64,000 nucleotides of DNA from Nemertoderma westbladi. Taxonomy: Eukaryota; Animalia; Xenacoelomorpha. Where the stretch lies: contig JAUCBJ010008094.1 of assembly GCA_032718475.1 (NCBI GenBank), forward strand, positions 95,770 to 159,769, read 5' to 3'. Under the pieces are notes generated by a model that saw only the letters and a list, made by a program, of their open reading frames with translations, searched no databases and was not told the origin of the DNA. A program made the position numbers and the translations under genes. Below are positions 51,281-64,000 of the stretch, piece by piece (position 1 is the stretch's first letter; each line of letters begins with the position of its first letter).

Positions 51281-52434
51281 ACTATACAACTAACTTATAC
51301 AACTAACTATACAACTAACTATACAACTAACTATACAACTAACTATACAAATAACTATACAACTAACTATACAACTAACTATACAACTAACTATACAACT
51401 AACTATACAACTAACTATACAACTAACTATACAACTAACTATACAACTAACTATACAACTAACTACACAACTAACTATACAACTAACTATACAACTAACT
51501 ATACAACTAACTATACAACTAACTATACAACTAACTATACAACTAACTATACAACTAACTATACAACTAACTATACAAATAACTATACAACTAACTATAC
51601 AACTAACTATACAACTAACTATACAACTAACTATACAACTAACTATACAACTAACTATACAACTAACTATACAACTAACTATACAACTGACTATACAACT
51701 AACTATACAACTAACTATACAACTAACTATACAACTAACTATACAACTAACTATACAACTAACTATACAACTAACTATACAACTAACTACACAACTAACT
51801 ATACAACTAACTATACAACTAACTATACAACTAACTAACTATACAACTAACTATACAACTACCTATACAACTAACTATACAACTAACTATTCAACTAACT
51901 ATACAACTAACTATACAACTAACTATACAACTAACTATACAACTAACTATACAACTAACTAACTATACAACTAACTATACAACTAACTATACAACTAACT
52001 ATACAACTAACTATACAACTAACGATACAACTAACTATACAACTAACTATACAACTAACTATACAACTAACTATACAACTAACTATACAACTAACTATAC
52101 AACTAACTATACAACTGACTATACAACTAACTATACAACTAACTATACAACTAACTATACAACTAACTATACAACTAACTATACAACTAACTATACAACT
52201 AACTATACAACTAACTATACAACTGACTTATACAACTAACTATATAACTAACTATACAACTGACTTATACAACTAACTATACAACTAACTATACAACTAA
52301 CTATACAACTGACTTATACAACTAACTATACAACTGACTTATACAACTAAGTATACAACTAACTATACAACTAACTATACAACTAACTATACAACTAACT
52401 ATACAACTAACTATACAACTAACTATACAACTAA
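51281..52434. repeat. 12-bp minisatellite (AACTATACAACT)
   Basis: Direct reading, about 95 copies, highly homogeneous. Confidence 0.97.
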
Positions 52435-55002
52435 CACCTCTACGTACGCACAACCATAGGACTACCAAGACAAGCACCTCAACGTAGCACAACCATAGGA
52501 CTAACAAGACCAGCAAGCACCTCAACGTACGCACAACCACAGGACTACCAAGACAAGCACCTCAACGTACGCACAACCACAGGACTACCAAGACAAGCAC
52601 CTCAACGTACGTACAACCATAGGACTAACAAGGCCAGCACCTCAGCGTACGCACAACCATAGGACTACCAAGACAAGCACCTCAACGTACGCACAACCAT
52701 AGGACTACCAAGACCAGCACCTCAACGTACGCACAACCATAGGACTAACAAGGCCAGCACCTCAGCGTACGCACAACCATAGGACTACCAAGACGAGCAT
52801 CTCAACGTACGCACAACCATAGGACAACCAAGACAAGCACCTCAACGTACGCACAACCATAGGACTACCAAGACAAGCACCTCAACGTACGCACAACCAT
52901 AGGACTACCAAGACCAGCACCTCAACGTACGCACAACCATAGGATTAACAAGACCAATACTTCAAAGAACGCACAACCATAGGACTAACAAGACCAAAAC
53001 CTCAACGAACGCACAACCATAGGACTAACAAGACCAACACCTCACCGAACGCACAACCACAGGACTACCAAGACAAGCACCTCAACGTACGCACAACCAT
53101 AGGACTAACAAGGCCAGCACCTCAGCGTACGCACAACCATAGGACTACCGAGACCAGCACCTCAACGTACGCACAACCATAGGACTAACAAGGCCAGCAC
53201 CTCAGCGTACGCACAACCATAGGATTACCAAGACCAGCACTTCAACGTACGCACAACCATAGGACTAACAAGGCCAGCACCTCAGCGTACGCACAACCAT
53301 AGGACTACCAAGACAAGCATCTCAACGTACGCACAACCATAGGACAACCAAGACAAGCACCTCAACGTATGCACAACCATAGGACTAACAAGACCAGCAC
53401 CTCAACGTAAGCACAACCATAGGACTAACAAGACCAGCACCAGCACCTAAACGTACGCACAACCATAGGACTACCACGACCAGCACCTCAACGTAGCACA
53501 ACCATAGGACTAACAAGACCAGCACCTCAGCGTACGCACAACCATAGGACTAACAAGGCCAGCACCTCAACGAACGCACAACCACAGGACTACCAAGACA
53601 AGCACCTCAACGTACGCACAACCATAGGACTAACAAGGCCAGCACCTCAGCGTACGCACAACCATAGGACTACCAAGACCAGCACCTCAACGTACGCACA
53701 ACCATAGGACTAACAAGGCCAGCACCTCAGCGTACGCACAACCATAGGACTACCAAGACCAGCACCTCAACGTACGCACAACCATAGGACTAACAAGGCC
53801 AGCACCTCAGCGTACGCACAACCATAGGACTACCAAGACAAGCATCTCAACGTACGCACAACCATAGGACAACCAAGACAAGCACCTCAACGTATGCACA
53901 ACCATAGGACTAACAAGACCAGCACCTCAACGTAAGCACAACCATAGGACTAACAAGACCAGCACCAGCACCTAAACGTACGCACAACCATAGGACTACC
54001 ACGACCAGCACCTCAACGTAGCACAAACATAGGACTAACAAGACCAGCATCTCAGCGTACGCACAACCATAGGACTAACAAGGCCAGCACCTCAACGAAC
54101 GCACAACCATAGGACTAACAAGACCAGCACCTCAACAAACGCACAACCATAGGACTAACAAGACCAGCACCTCAACGTAAGCACAACCATAGGAATAACA
54201 AGACCAGCACCAGCACCTAAACGTACGCACAACCATAGGACTAATAAGACCAGCACCTCAACGTACGCACAACCATAGGACTAACAAGACCAGCTCCAGC
54301 ACCTAAACGTACGCACAACCATAGGACTACCACGACCAGCACCTCAACGTAGCACAACCATAGGACTAACAAGACCAACACCTCAACGAACGCACAACCA
54401 TAGGACTAACAAGACCAACACCTCAACGAACGCACAACCATAGGACTAACAAGACCAGCACATCAACGTACACACAACCATAGGACTAACAAGACCAACA
54501 CCTCAACGAACGCACAACCATAGGACTAACAAGACCAACACCTCAACGAACGCACAACCATAGGACTAACAAGACCAGCACCAGCACCTAAACGTACGCA
54601 CAACCATAGGACTAGTAAGACCAACACCTCAACGAACGTACAACCATAGGACTACCAAGACCAGCACCTCAGCGTACGCACAACCATAGGACGACCAAGA
54701 CCAGCACCAGCACCTCAGCGTACGCACAACCATAGGACTACCAAGACCAGCACATCAGCGTACGCACAACCATAGGACAAACAAGACCAGCACCAGCACC
54801 TCCGCGTATGCACAACCATAGGACTAACAAGACCAGCACCTCAGCGTACGCACAACCATAGGACTACCAAGACCAGCTCCTGAACCTCAGCGTATGCACA
54901 ACCATAGGACTAACAAGACCAGCACCTCAGCGTACGCACAACCATAGGACTACCAAGACCAGCTCCAGAACCTCAGCGTACGCACAACCATAGGACTAAC
55001 AA
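52434..55002. repeat. 40-bp minisatellite
   Basis: Unit CACCTCAACGTACGCACAACCATAGGACTA(A/C)CAAGACCAG, about 60 copies, directly abutting the 12-bp array. Confidence 0.96.
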
Positions 55003-56293
55003 GGTTGTATTCATACTTAACCAGCACCATTCAGCTGAGGATAGTATCCTCTTGGAAAACGAAATTAATTATGGTTAAGTAGGAAACGTAGCATGCGAGC
55101 TATCTGTTGGGCATGCGAGCTATCTGTTGGGCATGCGAGCTATCTGTTGGGGGTGAATGGACAGCGTGGCTGATGCTGGGGTCCTCTCCACAAGTGGCAT
55201 CTGCCAGTTCATGTGGAACTGGGGGTGTATAATATGTCAACCACATATACTAGTCATTGCGATAGTAGCCATTCGGGTGTAAACATTAGGGTAACTTATG
55301 TATAAAGTCCAAACTACATTCTAACTCAGGCAAAACGAAACCAGTCGTTGCAAGTATCACAAATGAAGTGTTGTAAGTAAAGCCACAGTACCATACAATT
55401 ATAGTTTAATTACTCATGTAAAATCTGAGTCAATTGACGTATTCTAGGGAATCTAACGCTATTTTAATTACAGTATTAGTATATGAGTATTACCATGGAA
55501 ACTGGGAAGTATTATTTACTTGAGATAGGCCTATACTTAAATACAATTAGGGAGAATGGTTACTTAGAGCTAAGGAAGTCTCTAGATATTGACGAAAATT
55601 AAACTATTATCAATATTGTCTTGCACTTTAGAACCAATAACATTCTCGACCACTCCAAAGAATTTCAAAGAAAGCTGATAAAATATAAATAATGAAAAAA
55701 TACTGTCATGAATCATTTAGAAAATGAACAAATAAACAAGGCAATTTATTTAATGAAAATCAGATGGCCCCCTCTTTATCGCAGAGCAAATAAATATTGA
55801 TAAATTTTGTCCATAAGCTACAGTATGTCTATCACTTTAAACTTCAAGCAGTGAAAGATATCACATATATATACCACACACGTCACTTATTGGGCGTGAA
55901 ACATGGAACACTCAAGAACTACTTCTGAAAAATACGGCACTTTTGTCATCGATGTGATTCATACGTTTCTAGAAACGCTGAGGGCAGCGTGAAACGAACC
56001 TGCTAACTACAGGCCGAACTCCAGCAACTCGTCTCTATTACAAGCCCAAGTTATTGCGCTCGTCCTGTACATATCGTCATATAGGTGTAGCTTACAACAT
56101 TCCACTACCGGTTTATTGTGTTCAATAATATGATATGATGAGTTCAATATAAACCATCTATTCTATAAACAGATGGTTTATTTTATAGGAATATTATGTA
56201 GTTAGCGCAGTACACGTTTTCATTATAAGCCTCGTTGTCCTCATAGAAGCATAAAGAACCTAAAAGCCCCATGAATTTACCGTGAGAAAACAT

Positions 56294-57518
56294 GGAAATA
56301 TACATAGAGAAACTACTGCGTAAGAGCCAAAACGGATTTCGACCAAGTAGGTCGACAATAGCTCAGATACTTGCACTACGGAGACTGATTGAAGGAATTA
56401 AGTCAAAGAATCTCCCCACAGTCATGACTTTTGTGGATTTCAAGAAGGCATTCGACTCCATCCATAGAGGCAAAATGCTTGAAATCCTAAGAGCTTATGG
56501 AATACCAGAAGTAATTGTTGCTGGCATTGGATTGTTATATTGTGACACAGAAGGGCAGGTACTCTCACCAGATGGTGAAGCGGAGTGTTTCTCAATCCTG
56601 GCTGGCGTACTGCAAGGTGACACATTAGCACCATTACTGTTTGTAATAATTGTGCTGGATTACATGAGGACGGCCACAAGGGTGAAGATCTGGGATTCAC
56701 ACTTCAAGAACGCAGAAGTAGTAGATATCCGGCAACTACAGTCACAGACACCGACTTTGCGGATGACATCGCCCTGCTCTCTAATACCCTAGCAGATGCA
56801 CAGTTTCTACTAAATAAAGTAGAGAGGGCTGCTAAGGAGGTTGTATTCCTTATAAATGCTACCAAGACCGAATTCATGGCCTTTAATGTTGATGGAAACT
56901 TGACAACCATTGATAATAATCAACTAACGAAGGTCGACGACTTCCAGTACCTTGGATCATGGATAGAGAGTAGCAAAAAGGATATAGAAGTTAGGAAAGC
57001 AAAGGCTCGGGTAGCTCTATCAAAAATGGATACCATCTGGAAATTAGATCTCCCCAGGCACCTGAAGACTAAGTTATTTCGAGCCACAGTGGAAAGTGTA
57101 TTTTTATACGGGGGTAGACCTGGACACTGACTAAATCAATTGAACAATGAATTGATGGTTGCTACATAAGACTACTAAGGGCAGCCCTAAACATCAGCTG
57201 GAGACAACACATGACAAATGCCGAGCTTTATGGTACAATACCACCAGTATCAACCACCCTCCGTGAACACAGATTAAGATTCAGTGGGCACTGTTGGCGA
57301 AGTAAAGACGAGGTCATACCAGATCTACTTCTCTGGCAACCAACTCATGGAAAGCGTAGTCGTGGACGATCGGCCATAACATATACAGATCAACTTGAAA
57401 GGGATACTGAACTTGGGAGAAACGAAATTGCGACAACTATGGAGAATCGGGAAGCCTGGAAGGATCTCATTTCCACTGTCCGAGTTCGCTCGACCTAGTA
57501 GTAGTAGTAGTAGTAGTA
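56294..57518 (+). mobile_element. 5'-truncated RTE-like non-LTR retrotransposon (frameshifted RT) with (TAG)n tail
   Basis: QNGFRPSRST, FVDFKKAFDSIHR, GVLQGDTLAP, DFADDIALL, FQYLGS, RLRFSGHCWR in three frames; ends in TAGTAGTAG. Confidence 0.92.
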
Positions 57519-57914
57519 ACATAGAAAACATTGTAGGAGGCGGTAACCGTGACAAAGTGCACAAAAGAAGTGAAATGTGATAGTAAAAATTTCATAGGCC
57601 AAGGTTATCACGACACTATTGGTTTCACAGAAGGGGGTTTTGCCCTGCGGTAAGTTTGATTGACAGTTTGATTGGATGTACAGTAGCTTCTCAGTTAAAC
57701 ATTTAATCGGTTTCATATATATATGTTAGTTATACAAAGCAGAAAAGATTTCAAGGCAGAAAGATCCCGGTATGTCGATTTATTTTCAGGTTTATCACTT
57801 TTTGGTTAGTTTGATATCAACTTTTTACGTGGCGAAACTCAAATTCACCAGCCCTTTTCTAAATTATGGGCTAGGCCAATAACTACTACTAGGATCGGCA
57901 TGTTGCGTTGCATT

Positions 57915-59313
57915 ATACGGGGGTGAGACCTGAACACTGACTAAATCACTTGAACAACTAATTGATGGTTGCTACACAAGACTACTAAGGGCAGCCCTAA
58001 ACATCAGCTGGAGACAACACATGACAAACGCCGAGCATTATGGTACAATACCACCTGTATCAACCACCCTCCACGAACTTTGTTCCAATGGTTGCGAACT
58101 TTGTTCCAATAGTTGCGAACTTTGTTCCAATCAACTTGATATTTTAAAAATTACCTTTGATATTTCAAGTACTAAATGATATAATATAATAAAGTTTTGC
58201 GCAAAATATAATAATACAAGTTTTGACAGTCTGGAAGCATTGGGTACTTTTAGAAGGATAAGGACACGTCTGTGCTAATTGGCCAGTTAAACAGACTGAG
58301 GCAATGGGACAATATTACACTGCAATTGTCTACCACTGTCTCTTCTTAATTAATAAAGATCCCGTCAGAGTCTAGCAATTTACAAATAGGTACTTTCAGA
58401 CTTCACCCGTGTGATAATGCAAGCTCATGTGATCCGGACGAAACTTGTCGATTCTCTATAAAGATCATCCCACACCATATTATAGTCTTTACATCATACA
58501 TCTCGCCTCACACTATAGGCTTAATCTGATAAGTTATGGACTACAACACTGAAGAAAATAGTTGGTAGTATAATCTATTTGTAATCGTATGCCGGTACTC
58601 TTACGTTAGTCAATATAAACTTACGGGGTAGGGTTCATTGGAACAAAGTTCGCATCCTATTGGAACAAAGTTCGCAACTATTGGAACAAAGTTCGCAACT
58701 ATTGGAACAAAGTTCGCAACTATTGGAACAAAGTTCGCAACTATTGGAACAAAGTTCGCAACTATTGGAACAAAGTTCGCAACTATTGGAACAAAGTTCG
58801 CAACTATTGGAACAAAGTTCGCAACTATTGGAACAAAGTTCGCAACTATTGGAACAAAGTTCGCAACTATTGGAACAAAGTTCGCAACTATTGGAACAAA
58901 GTTAGCAACTATTGGAACAAAGTTCGCAACTATTGGAACAAAGTTCGCAACTATTGGAACAAAGTTCGCAACTATTGGAACAAAGTTCGCAACTATTGGA
59001 ACAAAGTTCGCAACTATTGGAACAAAGTTCGCAACTATTGGAACAAAGTTAGCAACTATTGGAACAAAGTTCGCAACTATTGGAACAAAGTTCGCAACTA
59101 TTGTAACAAAGTTCGCAACTATTGGAACAAAGTTCCGCAACCCATTGGAATAAAGTTCGCGAAAGTAGGTTTTGGAACAAAGTACCGTACACGGCTTGAA
59201 ATGGATACTGAACTTGAGTGAAACGAAATTGCAACAACTATGGAGAATCGGGCGGGAAGCAAGGAAGGATCTCGTTTCCACTGTCTGAGTTCGCTCGACT
59301 TAGTAGTAGTAGT
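57915..59313 (+). mobile_element. Second short copy of the same RTE 3' end, interrupted by an insertion
   Basis: 57915-58075 matches about 57105-57265; 59195-59313 matches about 57394-57510 including the TAG tail; the intervening RTE sequence is missing. Confidence 0.85.
58074..59187. mobile_element. Foldback-type DNA element with inverted 21-bp subterminal arrays
   Basis: GAACTTTGTTCCAATAGTTGC x3 at left, ATTGGAACAAAGTTCGCAACT x about 23 (58637-59125) at right, ending AAAGTACCG|TA; the left terminus appears deleted. Confidence 0.65.
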
Positions 59314-62132
59314 AAATATGTATGTTACGGTTGTACTTGCGTACTGTAGGCCTAGTGTATGTCACACTCCCACGTGCACAAGTTTTATACTGTTTACCCA
59401 ATATTGTAATTTTTAATATATAACATAATCTTTCTTTTGTTTTGTAATCCGTATAAGCAACATATTTATGGATTAACAACAATCAATCATAACAGATCAT
59501 TGTTAGAGTAGTTATAGACTGGTCGATTCCCAACTAGATACAGTCACTCTAAATTTAATTAATAAAATAAACTAAACTAAACTAAATGGTCTGTGTATGT
59601 ATATCCCCATGGTGGTGCTGACATTTTCTATTTTCATTTTATTTGCTGAAAAATCGATCTTCGAAATTATTTCTGGTGCGGAAATACCGAGAAGTCGATC
59701 TTCTAGTTTTTAGTGTAAATCCTACAATATACTGAATTGAATATATCAAAAACTCATGACATTCCACACGCTGTCATTAATACAGTTTGTTAATGTACCG
59801 GTAATGTAACGAAACTTTAACGAAACGTTGAATCAACGTGACACAAAAACCCTGAAAACTAATAAGTCAAAAGTAATGAAATATTCCGTTAATTAACTGA
59901 TCTCAACTCATACCACAAGCTTGGTTTAACCCACACTAATATACGGGATATAAACATAATTGATAGCCAGATGTCAGCGGCTTGTCGCTGAAATGTATTC
60001 GAGTTCTGTAAATCAGTTTTTGGATTGTTTCTTGGAAGAAATTAACTCGAGCCGACTATCCGATATTACTGTATAGTGTGTTTGATTGTAACAACGTTAT
60101 TACATGTGGTTACAGCCAAGTGGAAGTACGTGTACAAAGGAGTTCGTATCTTTATAGTACCGGTACATATCTGGTTTATCTGTTGTATCCTCATATTATG
60201 CTCGCTATTGTATTTGGAAATAATACCACAATGGATTATAGGCACCATCCGTTATTTATGATTATGAAAGATATGATAAGACGATATGGAATAGGTTTGT
60301 TCGTACATCGTCTCTCATTATTGACCTATGTGGAACTCACAGTTAAATTAGCTAATATTATGTTTAACCTTTTATTGGAATATTGTTAACTGTTGATTTC
60401 TAGAATGTCTTTGAAAGTATATTGCTGATAGAGAAAACAGGAAAAACAATAATATTACCTCACCTTACTTTATCTTATCAAGGAAAATAACACATCTTTA
60501 CACTTTATTTTCATAAAATAAAACTAATATAGTGGTAACTACGACTGTTATAGTTGACCAGTAGTACAAATTTAATTAACTAAACCAACACCTACTACTA
60601 ACAGCTACTGCCTAGTGGTGTACAGCCTTTCCTCTTACACTGTATAACCAAAACTAGGCAAAATCCCAAAATCAATAATTACTCAATGTCAATTGCAGTT
60701 CGAGCGGTGAAGCAAAGACCGCGTCAATAGGGATGGTAAGAATTAATACAGTACAATATACTTTACAAGGGTTCGGCTGCCCCCCAAAGTAGGCCTACTG
60801 TACAATCCGTAGTCAAGAAAACGCCATTCCACACTGTAGTTGCGATATTTAAAGACACGAGGGAAAATTGTATTTAAGAATATTAATCATTATTATTAAA
60901 TAGGTACAATAAGGCTAACAAAACACCACAATATCTCAATAAACAACCACACATCAAAATGAAACATCACAATTAAGACCACTGTTATCAGTTCATTAAT
61001 AGCAATAGTAGCATCACTAAAGGCAATATGGACACAAATTAACATTTATAATTGTTTACAACACAAACAAAAACAATAATACTGTAATGGTAGTGTAAAA
61101 AAAAGTACCGGCAGGTTCTTTATATTACCTGCACCATACTAAGGTTTAACTTCGAATTCTGTTTTGTTTGATATCAAATAACGTAGGTTTACATAACATA
61201 ATTAGACAAATAAATGATATACAGTAGCTATTAGTTTCTCAGATATATGCCGTTGTTTTCACTGAGCATTGCCGGGGAGTATATAGTAAATGTTTTGGGA
61301 GATTTTGGTAGGAAATTTTATTGTGATCAATAATACCACATGCACAGCTTGCATCTTTGAGATTTTTTGTCGAATTTGCAAATAAAAAAAGAGACAGTTC
61401 ATCTGATAGATAATCCAATATATTAAGATACAACCATTAATTTAATTCTTAAAAATTAATTTAACTGAACAAAACTCCACTATCGTAACGATAGCACACT
61501 TCATAAACCGGGGCTGTTCCCACTGGACACCCATGGCGGGTCGAAAATCGTATTGCTTTTGCATATAAAGCCCCTGCATGATCCGATGTAGCTTTGGTAA
61601 CTTTTAGGAACCGCAATGATGTCAGTTGGGAATCAGTCGGATTATTGTTATTCATGACAACAATATTACCAACCCGTATCAGTTAACACATTTACTATAT
61701 GTGCCGCATTTCCGGCAACAAAATAACAACAACCACAAGTTCAAGTAAATATAAACTTATTGATTAATGGATGTCTAGAATATAGACTTCAGTAGTTATA
61801 CTATATTATATAAATAAATCGAATAATCAATATCTAGAATATATAATAGAATGAATATAGATGTATAGAATAGAAGACCTTGATATTTTGTATGAGTCTG
61901 TTACTCCGGCTGTAAACTAACCCATTGTTTACCTCACACACTAGCATACCGGTACCGGAATCGATACAATCGATCAATATCAGTGGTGGTAACAGTTTTC
62001 CTGACTCCCCACTCTATACTGAATGTCTAGTAATGTAATCAAAGATTATAACTTGGCCAAAATATTGATTTATACTGGTCAGACATCAACATGGGCTCTT
62101 TGTCTCAGCTTGGTGTGTCACCTATCACGGAA

Positions 62133-62897
62133 TTATTTAGTGAATACTTTTTGACATTGATCGCAAATCCTGGGCCCATGCCTCTTTGAGTGCCTTTTAA
62201 GATCTTTGGCGCACATAAATACTTTATAGCATACCTTACATTGGTGAGTGAGGTCACCTTCGTGGTGGATTCGTATGTGTCGTTTTACATCCCTTTTTAA
62301 GGAATATGTCTTATTGCATTCACTACAGCTGAATGTTCCCTTTATATTACAAACAACATTGGCCTTGCTGGCAGATTTATTTTTCTTCTCACGCATTAAT
62401 AAAACCGTCTTATCAGCCGCAGTTGAAACTGGTTTGGATATCGATTTGGATATTGCATCATCCTTCTTCCTAACTTTTCGTATGCCAACTACCTTGGAAC
62501 TTTTAGCAGCGGATTTAAACCTATCAACATCATTCTTATTAACTTTTCGCGGGCTATGCCTCACTGCAACCGATTTGGACTTCTTCAAATCTCCACGGAC
62601 GTATTCCACTTTCGCTAGGCCCCCTATGTCAATCTTTATAAATTTAGATATGGTATGTTCCGCATCACAGTCCGTAATGGTTTCAGAAGTACCGGTATCT
62701 TGATATGTGGCTAAAACGTTTCGGTTTGGCTGTGGGATTGAATGGCCAAGAGTATTTTCTCTCTCCCATACAGCCATAGCTGACCCTGACTGTGGACCAT
62801 GGGCTTCGTTTACGTGATTGGTTAGCTCCTCGAACTTCAGGAAGATAATCTGGCAGTCGTCGCAGTTGTAAATGGTAGGCAACAACTGCTTAAACAT
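62133..62897 (-). CDS. C2H2 zinc-finger protein (possibly pseudogenising)
   Basis: YNCDDCQIIFLKFEELTNHVNEAH, FSCSECNKTYSLKRDVKRHIRIHH, HQCKVCYKVFMCAKDLKRHSKRH, then truncated ICDQCQKVFTK*. Confidence 0.75.
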   Translation of the reverse strand: MFKQLLPTIYNCDDCQIIFLKFEELTNHVNEAHGPQSGSAMAVWERENTLGHSIPQPNRNVLATYQDTGTSETITDCDAEHTISKFIKIDIGGLAKVEYVRGDLKKSKSVAVRHSPRKVNKNDVDRFKSAAKSSKVVGIRKVRKKDDAISKSISKPVSTAADKTVLLMREKKNKSASKANVVCNIKGTFSCSECNKTYSLKRDVKRHIRIHHEGDLTHQCKVCYKVFMCAKDLKRHSKRHGPRICDQCQKVFTK

Positions 62898-63324
62898 CAC
62901 TGCCGCACTGCAGCACTGGGTTACAGGTCTTGTATACCGAACCGGTAGGCCTACTGTACTTGTACTAGACTGCTAGACTGCTAGAGCTTTAGGTAGCCTA
63001 CATTCACTACTTGACCAGTACCGTACAGCCGTACCGGTCCGGTAACTGGGTAACTACTTTACTGATTAGGCATAGTACAGTAGTAAGTACAGAACAGCAG
63101 AAGTAACGATATACCAGTACTGCAGTACAGCAGTAGGCCTATACCTGTATACAGTACCGTGCTGACAGTACAGTACAGTCCTTGCCTCCTTCTGTCCTTG
63201 GTCTGATGTTGGCCATAGCCTACTTTTTGTACTTTTTCATCACTGTGTGTATGGGGTATAACTTTTCGCCGTATCCGTATCCGTATGCATTTGCCGTAGG
63301 CCTATACGTATGTCTGTGGATCTA

Positions 63325-63440
63325 GGACACTTCCCCCCCGGACACTTCCCCCCCGGACACTTCCCCCCCGCCCAAGTAGGACACTTCCCCCCCGGACACT
63401 TCCCCCCCCGGACACTTGCCCCCCGGACACTTCCCCCCCA
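63325..63440. repeat. GGACACTTCCCCCCC short tandem repeats, likely a transposon terminus
   Basis: Seven copies of an about 16-bp unit following GGATCTA; the partner end is not in the window. Confidence 0.6.
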
Positions 63441-64000
63441 GTTAAGTGTTAAAATTAATCTGGGTGCATCAAAGCAATAAACAAAAGTTAAAGATGGTTA
63501 CAGGACAAGTTGTATCTAGACAAATTTTTCAAAATTATGAAAGAAACATTTTTATAGTCAAATTTTGTTTGTTTTTCTTTTAATTCCTTTAATTCTTTTA
63601 ATTTCATTTAAATGGGGGCTGCCGCCCCCAAACCCCCGCTTCTTTTATTGGGTGTTATCGCCCCCAGGCCCCGGCATTTCCCTGAGTGCCCGTGGTGAAA
63701 GACTTAAGACCACTTTGAAATAATTAATTCATGTTCGTATCATAAGATAATAAATTGACTAAGCCTAAAGTAGGAGCTGTATTGAATGTTAACCAATTTA
63801 ATATATAAATTACTACAATATTATATAATTCAACAAAATCCTATTAAAAATATTGCAAGTAACCAGGAAATTTAATATGTAGTGTGGATAATATCTATAT
63901 AGTATGTATAGTAGTAATATATATATCAATATGTAATGCTGAACACAGAATACAGGTCGACGCATGTCGATTTTACCCTGGAGAGGTATAATTTTGATTG

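Noticed and set aside
56285-57531. AGAAAACAT as target-site duplication of the RTE copy
   Set aside because: The right copy is offset 4 nt from the tail and the motif is AT-rich; could be chance.
58610-59281. VPIVANF / IGTKFAT heptad ORFs
   Set aside because: Translation of a 21-bp subterminal repeat.
61461-61655. 64-aa minus-strand ORF
   Set aside because: No recognisable motif or splice context.

Overview
Eukaryotic (animal-like, AT-rich) genomic window; there is no prokaryotic gene organisation and no CRISPR array. Over half of it is minisatellite DNA, and most long ORFs in the supplied track are repeat read-through. The main gene is a + strand class-2 DYRK (DYRK4-like) kinase. Seven phase-compatible GT-AG exons are readable from 10983 to 40471, and its 5' exons are probably left of the window. 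Two genes lie antisense to it: a CBM21 glycogen-binding protein with a C-terminal membrane anchor (8458-10010), and an intronless proteinaceous RNase P (PRORP/MRPP3, 32620-34821) inside the last DYRK intron. Also present: nested DNA transposons, a tRNA-derived SINE, CRE- and RTE-type LINE remnants, a signal-peptide exon (51057) and a C2H2 zinc-finger ORF. The most striking pattern is that three DYRK introns hold tandem arrays whose unit copies the adjacent exon-intron junction itself (two donors, one acceptor). This gives about 10 to several hundred junction copies next to the real splice site and greatly inflates what appear to have been ~100-200 bp introns. Unit counts and boundaries were read by eye and are approximate.
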